Source: Candidatus Yanofskybacteria bacterium
Lineage (GTDB): Bacteria; Patescibacteriota; Minisyncoccia; 2-02-FULL-40-12; IGHO2-12-FULL-4
DNA: 64,000 nucleotides
Direction of reading: 5' to 3'
NCBI GenBank assembly: GCA_016185525.1
Contig: JACPNK010000005.1
Span: forward strand, 92,473 to 156,472
In this document: in pieces, positions 27,451-36,988 of the stretch
How positions within the stretch are numbered: position 1 is the stretch's first letter
How the letters are laid out: the number at the start of each line of letters is the position of its first letter
Notes under the pieces: model-generated
The model's input: only the letters and a program-made list of their open reading frames with translations
The model's database searches: none
Told to the model about the DNA's origin: nothing
Program-made: the position numbers and the translations under genes

Positions 27451-28569
27451 ATGAAAGTAGATACAGCCATCATTGGCGGAGGAGTTGTGGGATGCGCAAT
27501 AGCCAGACGCTTAGCCACAACTCAACCAGGAACAAAAATTGTCGTATTGGAAAAGTTGGAAAGCGTCGGTCTGGAAACCAGCAGTCTGAATAGCGGTGTT
27601 TTGCACTCCGGCATCCATCAGAATCCAAACTTTCTGAAGTCAAAATTGGCCAAAAAAGGCAGTAAAATAGCGGCCTGCTACATGAAAATACGCTCCATAC
27701 CGATAATGCGTTGCGGAATGCTGATAGTGGTTTCTTCAGAATCTCTTAGGCACGGCCTTTACAAAGAGTGGCTGGATCTGTGGCGCTTGATAAAAAGGGG
27801 ACAGGAACAAAAAATAGACTTAAAATTTTTGACTCCTTTCGGCATAAGAAAAATTGAACCAAATATAAAAGCGCTTGGCGGAATTTTTATACCCAATGTT
27901 TGGGTTGTTGATCCAGCAGGCTTCACAAATTCTCTTTATCAGGAAGCTAAAGCAAAAAAAGTTGAGTTCTTTTTTAAAAATCCCGTCCTGTCGGTTTCCA
28001 AAAACAACGACTCTTATTGCCTCGCGACTCCAAGCAAAGAATTTTTTGCAAAAAAAGTAGTCAATGCTGCAGGTCTTTATGCCGACGAAGTTGCCAAAAT
28101 GGCCGGTTTTGCGGGATACAAAATCTACCCTTGGCGAGGCGAATATTATGAGGTGATCGGTGAAAAGAAAAAACTAGTCAGCCGTCTGGTTTATCCGGCA
28201 CTGCCCGCCAACTACCCGGGAAAGGGGATACATTTTAGTCCCAGAGTTGATGAGAGATTATTCATTGGTCCAAATGCCCGGCCGGTTCCCAGAAAAAATT
28301 TCTACACAGAATGTAAAACTCCTGTTGAAGAATTTTTAAAAACAACACAAAAATTTTGTCCTCAAATTAAAGAAGAAGATTTGGTTTGGGCTTATTCCGG
28401 TATCCGGCCCAAATTGACCAATGCCGCCGAAGAGTCAGATTTTATAATAAGGTTGGATAACCGTAATCCCCATTGGTTAAATTTGATCGGCATTGAATCT
28501 CCCGGACTTTCTTCTGCTATGGCTACTGCTGAATATGTAGAAAAGCTTTTAAACTCACCGCCAGGGTGA
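27451..28569 (+). CDS. FAD-dependent oxidoreductase (L-2-hydroxyglutarate oxidase LhgO-like)
   Basis: GGGVVG, TSSLNSGVLHSG, NAAGLYAD, RGEY, GIRPK, GIESPGL. Confidence 0.88.
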   Translation: MKVDTAIIGGGVVGCAIARRLATTQPGTKIVVLEKLESVGLETSSLNSGVLHSGIHQNPNFLKSKLAKKGSKIAACYMKIRSIPIMRCGMLIVVSSESLRHGLYKEWLDLWRLIKRGQEQKIDLKFLTPFGIRKIEPNIKALGGIFIPNVWVVDPAGFTNSLYQEAKAKKVEFFFKNPVLSVSKNNDSYCLATPSKEFFAKKVVNAAGLYADEVAKMAGFAGYKIYPWRGEYYEVIGEKKKLVSRLVYPALPANYPGKGIHFSPRVDERLFIGPNARPVPRKNFYTECKTPVEEFLKTTQKFCPQIKEEDLVWAYSGIRPKLTNAAEESDFIIRLDNRNPHWLNLIGIESPGLSSAMATAEYVEKLLNSPPG

Positions 28570-28580
28570 GTTTTTGTTAC

Positions 28581-28666
28581 TGGCGGAGAGGGTGGGAGTC
28601 GAACCCACAAGTCCTTACGGACGCCGGTTTTCAAGACCGGTGGAATAACCATTATCCGACCTCTCC
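28581..28666 (-). tRNA. tRNA-Ser(TGA)
   Basis: GGAGAGG acceptor, CCGGT-CTTGAAA-ACCGG, long variable arm, GCCA end. Confidence 0.95.
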
Positions 28667-28790
28667 AGGGTATTAAGGAATCTCACTTTGTGCATATTCT
28701 AACAGGTACACATTCTGACAGGCAAGGCCTGTAAAAGTGCGCATATTTTCTTCTCTCCTTCGCGACCTACTTCCCGCTGTCGCGTTCTTC

Positions 28791-28875
28791 TGGCGGAGGA
28801 TGCAGGAGTCGAACCTGCAAGGGATTGCACCCGGCGGTTTTCGAAACCGCTGCCATGCCATTAGGCGAACCCACC
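28791..28875 (-). tRNA. tRNA-Ser(CGA)
   Basis: GCGGT-TTCGAAA-ACCGC, long variable arm, GCCA end; U3:U70 mismatch. Confidence 0.9.
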
Positions 28876-28896
28876 AAGTTTTTCGGTAAGACCCAA

Positions 28897-29151
28897 TCAA
28901 TAAATGTTATGTTTGCCGACAGCATAAAATCTTATGATATTCTTGTCGGCAAAATCAAATATTATCCGGTACTGATAATTTATAGAAAAAGCCCAAAACT
29001 CACCAAGTTCACCGTGAAGTTTGTGGGTTTTGAGGTGTAAATCAAACGGGTTTATTCTAAAAATTTTCTCTTTTTTTATTGCCAGCGACTTGACCTCTTT
29101 GGGCAGTTTCTTAAATTGCTGTTTAAACTTGGAGTAGTAAAATATCTTCAT
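28897..29151 (-). CDS. RelE/YafQ-like mRNA interferase toxin
   Basis: F.QQFKKL, NPF...LKTHKLHG, WAFSINYQYRIIF, VGKH.IY. Confidence 0.88.
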   Translation of the reverse strand: MKIFYYSKFKQQFKKLPKEVKSLAIKKEKIFRINPFDLHLKTHKLHGELGEFWAFSINYQYRIIFDFADKNIIRFYAVGKHNIY

Positions 29152-29156
29152 TTTAT

Positions 29157-29366
29157 CTATTCCAAATCTTCCAGAGACTTAAGGATTTTCCAATTCTTGC
29201 CTTTACCAAAGTCCCTCTTGGCTTTTTCAAGTTCTTTGGCCAGTTCGTGGACACGCAAAAGATGGCGAAAGAACTCGCTGACACTGGCAAAGTTGCCGGT
29301 CTTTACTTCGTCCCTAACTTTTCTGGTTAATTCTTGGGGCAAGGATATGTTAATAATGTTTCTCAT
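29157..29366 (-). CDS. Ribbon-helix-helix antitoxin
   Basis: INISLP, G.FASVSEFFR; directly upstream of the toxin. Confidence 0.85.
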   Translation of the reverse strand: MRNIINISLPQELTRKVRDEVKTGNFASVSEFFRHLLRVHELAKELEKAKRDFGKGKNWKILKSLEDLE

Positions 29367-29567
29367 GGCTGTAATAATTTATATTACAATCCTAACAAAA
29401 ATTAAGAAAGAGGTCAAATCGCGAAGTTTCTATTGGCGGTGTATTCTGAAGATAGCTCGAACGCATTTCGCCGCCGAAGGCGGCGTGGTTGGCGGGCAGA
29501 AATCCGCGCGGCGAAGCCGCGAACATTAACAATTTCAAGTTTTTCTTTGGCGGCAAATTCAGAATTC

Positions 29568-30266
29568 TTATTTCGTAAATCCGAAAGTCCCCGTAATCTG
29601 GTCAATAAAGAAAGTTTTGTTGGCTAAGACAGAAACACTTTCTTGAGGTATACCATTATTGCCTGTGTAAAATTGGAATAATTTACCATCTTTGATGAAC
29701 TCAATGTCCCGCTCTTTATTTCCGACGCCCTCTCCCTCGGACATTTCAAAAGTATTTACGATAGCTTTAACACCGCCGATAGTTTTATATGAGGTCACAC
29801 AATTCGAATTTGATGAACATGCCCTTTCTTCAATGGTTTTGGATGGACTTGGATCAACTATTTGAAAACCAACAAACATGTTCTGTCGGTCATAAAAATT
29901 TTTCTGTTTCTGTTGTAATTTACTATCTTGAAAATAGAATGAAAAAGTATTTAATTTATTGTTGTAAAGTGGTGGTTCCTGTTTTTGTTCTTGAAAACCT
30001 TCAACTATCCAATCTTGTGGATACTGAACTTCAAAACCATATTTTTCACTTCTATATATTTGCCAACCAGGAATTTTATTTGATGATTGTGTGTTGTTTG
30101 AGGTTGTCGGTTTTTCGGCAGTCTGGTTATTCGTTGGGGCTGGGGTATTGATCTGTTGAGCAATTTCCGGCGATTTTTTCACAAATGCAAAATACCCCAC
30201 TACACCAGCAAGCACTACAACTAAAACTATGAGAACAATATTCACAAATCCTTTTTGTTGGTTCAT
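29568..30266 (-). CDS. Membrane-anchored PsbP-like protein with pilin-like N-terminus
   Basis: QKGF then TM helix; T/N/P linker; GWQIYRSEKYGFEVQYPQDW; ends DQITGTFGF. Confidence 0.78.
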   Translation of the reverse strand: MNQQKGFVNIVLIVLVVVLAGVVGYFAFVKKSPEIAQQINTPAPTNNQTAEKPTTSNNTQSSNKIPGWQIYRSEKYGFEVQYPQDWIVEGFQEQKQEPPLYNNKLNTFSFYFQDSKLQQKQKNFYDRQNMFVGFQIVDPSPSKTIEERACSSNSNCVTSYKTIGGVKAIVNTFEMSEGEGVGNKERDIEFIKDGKLFQFYTGNNGIPQESVSVLANKTFFIDQITGTFGFTK

Positions 30267-30419
30267 GTGTTTAAAATTAATTTCTTAATTATGCAAAAAT
30301 TTCTTTTGCCCTTCACTCTCAAATCCTTTTCCTTTTCGCCAAAAAAGCCTTTTCAAATCCTATGCGAGCGGCGCATCTCGCGCCGCGAGCTGACCTCTTC
30401 AAATTTGCATTTTCCCAAC

Positions 30420-30611
30420 TGGCGGAGGGAGTGGGAGTCCTCTTCCTCCGAAAATTTCTATATGCCTAAAGGCATATAGAAATTTTCTCCTCCAGAGCCG
30501 GGGTTTTCTAAAAAGTGAAATTATTCACTTTTTCTCAATACCCTTCGACTCCCACTCTTGCATCGACAAGTAGCATAAATAGTTAGCAAAAGCTAACTAT
30601 TTATGTACATG
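30420..30611 (-). repeat. tRNA 3' trailer element ending in a duplicated tRNA-Ser 3' end
   Basis: 30420-30439 repeats the tRNA-Ser(GCT) 3' end with CCA; three hairpins; core shared with 21070-21128. Confidence 0.75.
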
Positions 30612-30697
30612 CGGAGGGAGTGGGAGTCGAACCCACCTGACCCCTTTCGGGGTCGGAGATTAGCAATCTCCTGCACCAGCCGATATGCGCCCCCTCC
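30612..30697 (-). tRNA. tRNA-Ser(GCT)
   Basis: GGAGA-TTGCTAA-TCTCC, long variable arm with GAAA loop, TTCGACT T-loop, G73. Confidence 0.93.
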
Positions 30698-30722
30698 AAA
30701 TTCACCAAATTTTACCATATTT

Positions 30723-31475
30723 TTACCCTTTGGCAACGACCAAACCGATGACTTTTTTTGCTCCGGCTTCTTTTAATATCCGAGCGCATTCGTCTAGGGT
30801 TGCTCCAGTGGTGGCAATGTCATCCACCAAAACGACTGTTTTGTTTTTTATTTTTTCCGGCCTGGGGCAGACAAATATGCCTTCCGTATTTTTTATCCTT
30901 TCTTCTTTGTTTTCTATCTCCGCTTGAGGCTTTTTATTTTTTGTCCTCTCCAAAACACCAACAGCAATTTCTAATTTAAATTCCCCGGCCAGCTCTTCGG
31001 CTAAAAGTTCTGACTGATTGTAAGAGCGCCAGTTAAGCCTTAAGCGGTGCAGGGGCAGGGGAATAAGGACAACCTCGCTTCGGTAACTGTCAAAAAAGCG
31101 GTCTTTGTTTTTTTCTTTTAAAAACTTTATCAGAAGTTTGCCAAGGGGTTTTTTTGCCGAAACTATAAACTTATATTTTAAAGCCCAAAGCATTTTTTTG
31201 ACTAAAGGTTCTTCGTAACTGGCGGCTATCCAGATAAAGTCCAAGTAATGATTCTTTTTGCAAAATGGGCAGGTTTCGCCCTGGCTGGCCGGGGATGAAC
31301 AGAAGGCGCACTCAAAACCTTTTCTTAAGTTTATTTTTTCAAAACAAAGCCGGCAGAGGTGTTTGTCGGGGTCAGAAGCATTTTGTATTTGGCGGCAACC
31401 AAGGCAGTGAATAGGGAAAAGAAGGTCAAACAAAAAGTCCTTTAGGCTTTCTATGGATAACTTGCACAACTTCAT
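30723..31475 (-). CDS. comF: ComF-family competence protein
   Basis: Double zinc ribbon, P.PLH..R..WRSYNQ, LVDDIATTGAT. Confidence 0.92.
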   Translation of the reverse strand: MKLCKLSIESLKDFLFDLLFPIHCLGCRQIQNASDPDKHLCRLCFEKINLRKGFECAFCSSPASQGETCPFCKKNHYLDFIWIAASYEEPLVKKMLWALKYKFIVSAKKPLGKLLIKFLKEKNKDRFFDSYRSEVVLIPLPLHRLRLNWRSYNQSELLAEELAGEFKLEIAVGVLERTKNKKPQAEIENKEERIKNTEGIFVCPRPEKIKNKTVVLVDDIATTGATLDECARILKEAGAKKVIGLVVAKG

Positions 31476-31505
31476 TTTATTTTTATGGTATAATCAAGAT
31501 TAACT

Positions 31506-32600
31506 ATGAACTTCGGTTTCTTCAAGAATTTTTTATCTAAAGGCACGCTTGGAATAGATATAGGCACTGCCTCAATCAAAGTTGCCGAGCTTTCAAGAGA
31601 AAGCGGGCACTTTAAGTTACTGAATTATGGAATCTTCCAGCTTGAGAATCAAGAAGAAGCTATTGAGACCAAGCAGAAGATTACCAAATTGCCCGATCAG
31701 GATATTGTTTGGGGCATAAAAGAGCTTATCTCTCGTTCGGGAGTGAAGAGCAAAAACGTAGTTGCCTCTATTCCCTCGTTTTCAACTTTCTCAACGACTA
31801 TCTCCTTGCCCTACTTGTCAGAGAAAGATTTGGCAAAAGCCATTCCTTTTGAGGCTAAAAAATATGTGCCAATTCCGATTGATGAAGTTATTTTAGACTG
31901 GTCAATCATCAATTTGGCTTCTGACCATGCTGGCGGCGGACAGGCGTTGGCGGGAGGGCGGGTTACTCCCACAGTAGAAGTTTTTCTGGCGGCGGTGCCG
32001 AAGCATGAGACAGAAAGATATAAAAAAATTATGACTGCCGCGGGTTTGAATTTGGCGGCCCTTGAACTTGAAAATATTGCTTTAATCAGATCTCTGATTG
32101 GCAACGACCTAAGTCCGGTTGCGATAGTTAACATTGGAGGCAGAAGCACGTCTATATTGGTGGTGGACCGGGGTTTTGAGAGGATAAGCCACAATTATGA
32201 GATCGGAGGATTTGAGATAACCAAGTCCATTGCCCGATCTATGGGCGTCAGTCTTTCCAGAGCGGAAGAATTTAAAAGAACAGTCGGTTTAAAATCAGAC
32301 AGCACCAAAGTTGTGGGAGAAGCAATGATTTCTTTGTTGGACATGATTGTCTTTGAATCAAAAAAAACCATAACCACCTATGAAAATAACAAGGGCGCCA
32401 AAATACAAAAAGTTTTTTTGTCCGGCGGAGTGGCCAACATGCCGAGCTTTCTTGAATATTTTAAGTCCAAGATTAATTTAGAAACCGCTATTAGCAATCC
32501 TTTTGTACGCGTTGTCTACCCAAAAGAGCTTGCCAAGATGATTCCTGAACTAAGCCCGACTTTTTCAATAGCTGTGGGTTTGGCTATGAGAGAAGTGTGA
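31506..32600 (+). CDS. pilM: Type IV pilus assembly protein PilM
   Basis: LGIDIG..SIK, EAKKYVP, NIGG, LSGG, AVGLAMR. Confidence 0.92.
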   Translation: MNFGFFKNFLSKGTLGIDIGTASIKVAELSRESGHFKLLNYGIFQLENQEEAIETKQKITKLPDQDIVWGIKELISRSGVKSKNVVASIPSFSTFSTTISLPYLSEKDLAKAIPFEAKKYVPIPIDEVILDWSIINLASDHAGGGQALAGGRVTPTVEVFLAAVPKHETERYKKIMTAAGLNLAALELENIALIRSLIGNDLSPVAIVNIGGRSTSILVVDRGFERISHNYEIGGFEITKSIARSMGVSLSRAEEFKRTVGLKSDSTKVVGEAMISLLDMIVFESKKTITTYENNKGAKIQKVFLSGGVANMPSFLEYFKSKINLETAISNPFVRVVYPKELAKMIPELSPTFSIAVGLAMREV

Positions 32601-32606
32601 TATAAT

Positions 32607-32665
32607 AAGTTTAGTTAAAAGTTTATCAAGTTACTTTATAACTTTACAAACTTTATAACTTAGAA
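32607..32665. repeat. Short tandem/inverted AAGTTT/AACTTTAT repeats
   Basis: AAGTTTA units followed by ACTTTATA units between pilM and pilN. Confidence 0.5.
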
Positions 32666-32681
32666 CTAGCGCGAAGCGCTT

Positions 32682-33242
32682 ATGCCAGAACAAGGGTTAA
32701 TACAACTTCTTCCAGAAACAAGAAGAAAACTGGAAATCAAACTTCCCGGAGAAAACCGGCCGGTTTATTTAGCGACGGGTTTTTTGGTTTTAGTCTTTTT
32801 GGTTTTTGGAGGTTTAAAAATATATTCTTCTTCCTTAAAAAATAATTTGAAATCCCTAGACCAAGAGGCTGTTGCTTTGGAAACAAGCAGAGACAGGGCT
32901 TTTGAGTCTGAACTTTTGGTTTTAAACAAGAGATTTGCTTTGTCTTCGGGTTTGATTAACGAACATATTATCTGGTCGGGAGCTTTAAGCAAGCTTCAGA
33001 ATCTTATGCCCAAGCAGTCGCAGATGGACACATTTTTCGCCGACTCTCAAGCCGGCAAGATAGAGCTTAAGGGCAGGGCTGTCAGTTATACTGTCATTGC
33101 TCAGCAGATTGCCAGTTTTTTGACGGATGAAGCCGTTGCAGACATTGAATTAAACAAGATTAACAGTTTATCGTCCGGCGTGCTGGAGTATGATATGAAA
33201 ATCGTTTTTGACAAAAACAAGTTTTTAGTTTTTAAGAAGTGA
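32682..33242 (+). CDS. pilN: PilN-like protein
   Basis: IQLLP, TM helix, coiled coil, WS..L..L...MP, LKGRA; follows pilM. Confidence 0.75.
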   Translation: MPEQGLIQLLPETRRKLEIKLPGENRPVYLATGFLVLVFLVFGGLKIYSSSLKNNLKSLDQEAVALETSRDRAFESELLVLNKRFALSSGLINEHIIWSGALSKLQNLMPKQSQMDTFFADSQAGKIELKGRAVSYTVIAQQIASFLTDEAVADIELNKINSLSSGVLEYDMKIVFDKNKFLVFKK

Positions 33243-33249
33243 CTTTGGG

Positions 33250-33801
33250 ATGAACTACAAAAAATTAATTGGATCGGGTCTGATTGCTTTAGGCATTATT
33301 TTTCTGCCCATTTTGGTCGTACCAGAATATCGCGCCGTCTCGGCTATTAAAAGCGCTATACAGCAAAAAAAGGCGGCTTTTGATAAAAAAAAGGTTTTGA
33401 TGGACAAGATAGACACTTTAAGAATACAGACCAAAGAAAGACGCGCTGATCTTGAAAAGTTGGCGACTATTTTACCGGAGAGCCGAAAGACCCAAGAGGT
33501 GGTTGTTAACATTGAAGAAATGTCTAAAGAGGCGGGAGTTGAATTAAAGACATTAAAAACGGCCATTGTTCAACAAGGGAGAGCGGGTGTCAGCGGGACG
33601 GGAGCCATGCAAATTGAGATCAGCAGCTCCGGACAGTACAGATCCCTTCTTGATTTTATAAAATCAATTGAGAAAAACTTGAGAATATTGGATGTTCAGG
33701 AGTTTACTTTATCATTGGACAGTTCAGCGGCATCAGTGGGCGGTCTTACTTTTGCCGCCAAGATTTTAACTTATTTTATTGAAAAACCTTTAACGCCTTA
33801 G
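33250..33801 (+). CDS. pilO: PilO-like protein
   Basis: TM helix, coiled coil, ILP, GQY..L..F...IE...RI.DV. Confidence 0.82.
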   Translation: MNYKKLIGSGLIALGIIFLPILVVPEYRAVSAIKSAIQQKKAAFDKKKVLMDKIDTLRIQTKERRADLEKLATILPESRKTQEVVVNIEEMSKEAGVELKTLKTAIVQQGRAGVSGTGAMQIEISSSGQYRSLLDFIKSIEKNLRILDVQEFTLSLDSSAASVGGLTFAAKILTYFIEKPLTP

Positions 33802-33813
33802 GCGCAACTTCTT

Positions 33814-34101
33814 ATGGCTCAATCAAGTATAAAATCGGATTCAGAAAATTTGTTTGTCGGTTTGATAATATTCGCCGGATTGGCAGCGGCTTATCTTTTT
33901 TACTCAAATCTGGTTCCGGTTGAACCTTCTGACTTTTCTCCTCCCGCTCCGGCCAGATCGGAAATTGCTTCGGAAATTGAAACAATGAGTTTGGACTTTA
34001 GTGTTTTTGACCACATCCTTTTCAAGCAGTTAAAAGTTTTTGGAATCATTCCTGTCGGTTCGGGCCAAACTGGCAGAGAAAACCCCTTTGCTCCTTTTTA
34101 G
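33814..34101 (+). CDS. Small pilus-cluster membrane protein (PilP position)
   Basis: TM helix; C-terminal GRENPFAP. Confidence 0.65.
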   Translation: MAQSSIKSDSENLFVGLIIFAGLAAAYLFYSNLVPVEPSDFSPPAPARSEIASEIETMSLDFSVFDHILFKQLKVFGIIPVGSGQTGRENPFAPF

Positions 34102-34104
34102 ACC

Positions 34105-35886
34105 ATGATCAAAATTCCCCAAGTTCTCATTCAGGAACTGGTAAAAAGAAATCTTGTCGCTGAAGAAAAGATTGACGAATATGCGGGGCAAGCCCAGGAC
34201 CAGAACAAAGACTTCGGGAGGATTTTGATTGAACAAGGGCTTATCGGCGAAGAAGACCTGTTGAAGATAAAAGAAGAGGTTTATCACCTGCCTGTTTTTG
34301 ATTTAATCAAATCAAAAACAGAAATAAATCTTGAACTTTCCAAGATTATTTCCGAAGACGTAATAAATTTTTATCAGATAATTCCTTTTGCTAAGACGGA
34401 GTCTGTTTTAAGGGTTGGCATTCTCAATCCGGAAGATATCAACGCTTTGGAAGCTTTAAAATTCATAGGCGAGGATAAGGGTTTGGAGCTGGAAAGATTT
34501 CTCATAAGTTATAAAGATTTTGACCGTCTTTTGCAGAGTTATTCTTCTATTACCAGCGAGGTTGGTGAAGCCTTAGAAGTTAAATCTGTCGGCGAAGCCG
34601 ACGCTTCTAAGCTCAAGCTTGAGATACCGAAAACCGGCTCCTTGGATCAAATCACAGCCGATTCACCCATAACTCGGGTGGTTGCGATTATGGTTAAACA
34701 CGCGGTTGAGAATAAGGCCTCTGATATACACATTGAACCGATGGACAGTATTATTCGTGTCCGTTTCAGGGTTGACGGAATTTTGCAGGCGACCCTTTCT
34801 CTGCCCAAAAATCTTTTGTCAGCGATTGTTACCAGAATTAAAATCTTGTCGGAGATGAAGATTGATGAGACTCGTTTACCGCAGGACGGGCGCTTCAGCA
34901 CTTATCTGGACAGAAAGATTGACTTTAGGATTTCTTCTTTGCCGACTAGGCACGGAGAGAAGATAGTCATGCGTATTTTGGATCCTTTGGTCGGCAATAT
35001 TGACCTTCCTGATTTGGGACTTTTTGGCCGTTCGCTGGAGCTGGTTTTAAAAAATATAGAGAAGCCTTTTGGCGAGATATTAATTACCGGCCCCACCGGT
35101 TCCGGCAAGAGTACCACTCTATACTCTGTTTTAAAAAAATATAATAAAGAGGGGGTAAACATTATTACTTTGGAGGATCCGATAGAATATTTTTTGGAAG
35201 GAATAAACCAGTCTCAAGTCCATGAGGAAATCGGTTATACTTTTGCCAGCGGTTTGCGCCACATTTTACGCCAAGACCCCGATGTCATCATGGTGGGGGA
35301 GATAAGAGATAGCGAAACGGCCGGCTTGGCTACTAATGCCGCTTTGACCGGCCACGTGGTTTTGTCTACTTTGCACACCAACGATACTATCGGTGTGATT
35401 CCGAGGCTTATAGATATGGGCGTGGAAAAATACCTCATTGCGCCGACAGTCAACCTGGCTATTGCCCAGAGGCTTTTGAGAAAGTTATGCAAAAAGTGTA
35501 AAATCAAGACAAAGCCTAACGCCGCTGAAAAGAAGATACTTGATCAAGGGATAAAAAATATGCCGACAGCTTACAGAAAAGATTTGCCCTCGGAGACAGA
35601 TTTTATTTATAAACCGTCAGAAAAAGGTTGTCAGGAGTGTAACGGCAAGGCTTACAAAGGACGGATTGCTATTTTCGAGGTTCTGGAGATGACCGATGAG
35701 CTTGAGCAGATAATTTTGGGCCAGATCTCGGAGGCAAAAATCAGATCTGAAGCTGTTAGACAGAATATGATTACGATGTTTCAAGACGGTATCATAAAAG
35801 TTTTGCAGGGCACGACTTCTTTGGAAGAGCTTTTAGAAACCGCCCAGGAACAAGAAGAAAAAGAAGAGGAAAAAATTAAAGCTTAA
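34105..35886 (+). CDS. pilB: Type IV pilus assembly ATPase PilB (GspE/PulE)
   Basis: ASDIHIEP, PQDGR, GPTGSGKS, LEDPIE, LRQDPD, Zn-binding Cys pairs. Confidence 0.93.
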   Translation: MIKIPQVLIQELVKRNLVAEEKIDEYAGQAQDQNKDFGRILIEQGLIGEEDLLKIKEEVYHLPVFDLIKSKTEINLELSKIISEDVINFYQIIPFAKTESVLRVGILNPEDINALEALKFIGEDKGLELERFLISYKDFDRLLQSYSSITSEVGEALEVKSVGEADASKLKLEIPKTGSLDQITADSPITRVVAIMVKHAVENKASDIHIEPMDSIIRVRFRVDGILQATLSLPKNLLSAIVTRIKILSEMKIDETRLPQDGRFSTYLDRKIDFRISSLPTRHGEKIVMRILDPLVGNIDLPDLGLFGRSLELVLKNIEKPFGEILITGPTGSGKSTTLYSVLKKYNKEGVNIITLEDPIEYFLEGINQSQVHEEIGYTFASGLRHILRQDPDVIMVGEIRDSETAGLATNAALTGHVVLSTLHTNDTIGVIPRLIDMGVEKYLIAPTVNLAIAQRLLRKLCKKCKIKTKPNAAEKKILDQGIKNMPTAYRKDLPSETDFIYKPSEKGCQECNGKAYKGRIAIFEVLEMTDELEQIILGQISEAKIRSEAVRQNMITMFQDGIIKVLQGTTSLEELLETAQEQEEKEEEKIKA

Positions 35887-35898
35887 AATTGTAATTTT

Positions 35899-36978
35899 AT
35901 GAAAGACATCACAACTTATAAAAGTGAAATTGACGAATTACTTCTGCTTTTGGCTCAAGAACGGGGTTCGGATATCCACCTTTCTCCGGGTGTTTTTCCG
36001 ACCATCAGAGTGGATGGCAGGCTTATTCCTTTGTCAAACAGAACCATTTTGGATTCTGAAACCATTGAAGGCTACGCCACGGCGCTTATCGGAGAAGAAA
36101 GAAAAGCAAGATTTATCCAGGAAAAAGAAGCCGACTTTTCGTATATGGTTGGGGAAAAAGCCAGATTCAGAATGAACATTTATATAAGCAGGGGCAGTTT
36201 TGCCATTACCGGCCGGTATGTACCTTTTGAAATTAGGACTATTGAGGAACTAAAACTACCCAAAATCTTAAAATTTTTTGCACAGCTTTCTCAAGGTTTT
36301 GTTTTGATAGTCGGACCCAACGGACATGGCAAATCAACGACTTTGGCGGCTTTGATAAATTTAATCAACAAAGAGAGAGTGGAAAAAATAATTACTATAG
36401 AAGACCCGATTGAATATATGTTTGTGTCTGACCAGAGCATTATTGACCAAAGAGAGGTTTATCGTGATACAAACTCTTTTGCCAATGCTTTGCGGGCAAC
36501 TTTCCGAGAGAATGTAAATGTCATCATGGTGGGGGAGTTGCGTGATTATGAAACTATGAACGCCGCCGTCTCGGCGGCTGAAACCGGACATTTGGTTTTT
36601 GCGTCTTTGCATACCAACAACGCCGCGCAGACAATTGAAAGAATCATTGACAGTTTTCCGCCTGCCCAACAATCCCAAATTATTTCCCAGCTTGCCAACA
36701 CGGTTTCCGGCATTATTTCCCAAAGGTTGGTTCCCTCAACAAAAGGAGGTTTGGTTCCGGCGGTGGAAGTTTTGGTGGCCAACTCCGCCGTAAGAAATTT
36801 AATTAGAGAGAATAAAACGGAACAGCTGAATGTAGTTATTGATACCAGCGAGGAGGCCGGCATGATCTCAATGAATAAATCTTTGGCTGACCTGGTCAAG
36901 AAAGGAGAAATTTCCGCAGAGCAGGCCGGATTTTTCTCTCTAAATCCCAAAGAACTAAAGCTCCTGCTTAAGCAATAA
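35899..36978 (+). CDS. pilT: Pilus retraction ATPase PilT/PilU
   Basis: GSDIHL, GPNGHGKS, AAETGHLV, AVRNLIRE. Confidence 0.92.
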   Translation: MKDITTYKSEIDELLLLLAQERGSDIHLSPGVFPTIRVDGRLIPLSNRTILDSETIEGYATALIGEERKARFIQEKEADFSYMVGEKARFRMNIYISRGSFAITGRYVPFEIRTIEELKLPKILKFFAQLSQGFVLIVGPNGHGKSTTLAALINLINKERVEKIITIEDPIEYMFVSDQSIIDQREVYRDTNSFANALRATFRENVNVIMVGELRDYETMNAAVSAAETGHLVFASLHTNNAAQTIERIIDSFPPAQQSQIISQLANTVSGIISQRLVPSTKGGLVPAVEVLVANSAVRNLIRENKTEQLNVVIDTSEEAGMISMNKSLADLVKKGEISAEQAGFFSLNPKELKLLLKQ

Positions 36979-36988
36979 GTTTTTAATT

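Noticed and set aside
28581-28666. Selenocysteine or suppressor tRNA; recoded genetic code
   Set aside because: Anticodon TGA reads TCA (Ser). TGA serves as stop in polA and others, and tRNA-Trp has anticodon CCA.
28673-28745. 23 aa ORF with AAGGAG between Ser tRNAs (minus strand)
   Set aside because: Too short, overlaps a hairpin and has no supporting evidence.
30440-30611. Intron in tRNA-Ser(GCT)
   Set aside because: The tRNA is complete without splicing; the segment is better described as a trailer with a duplicated 3' end.
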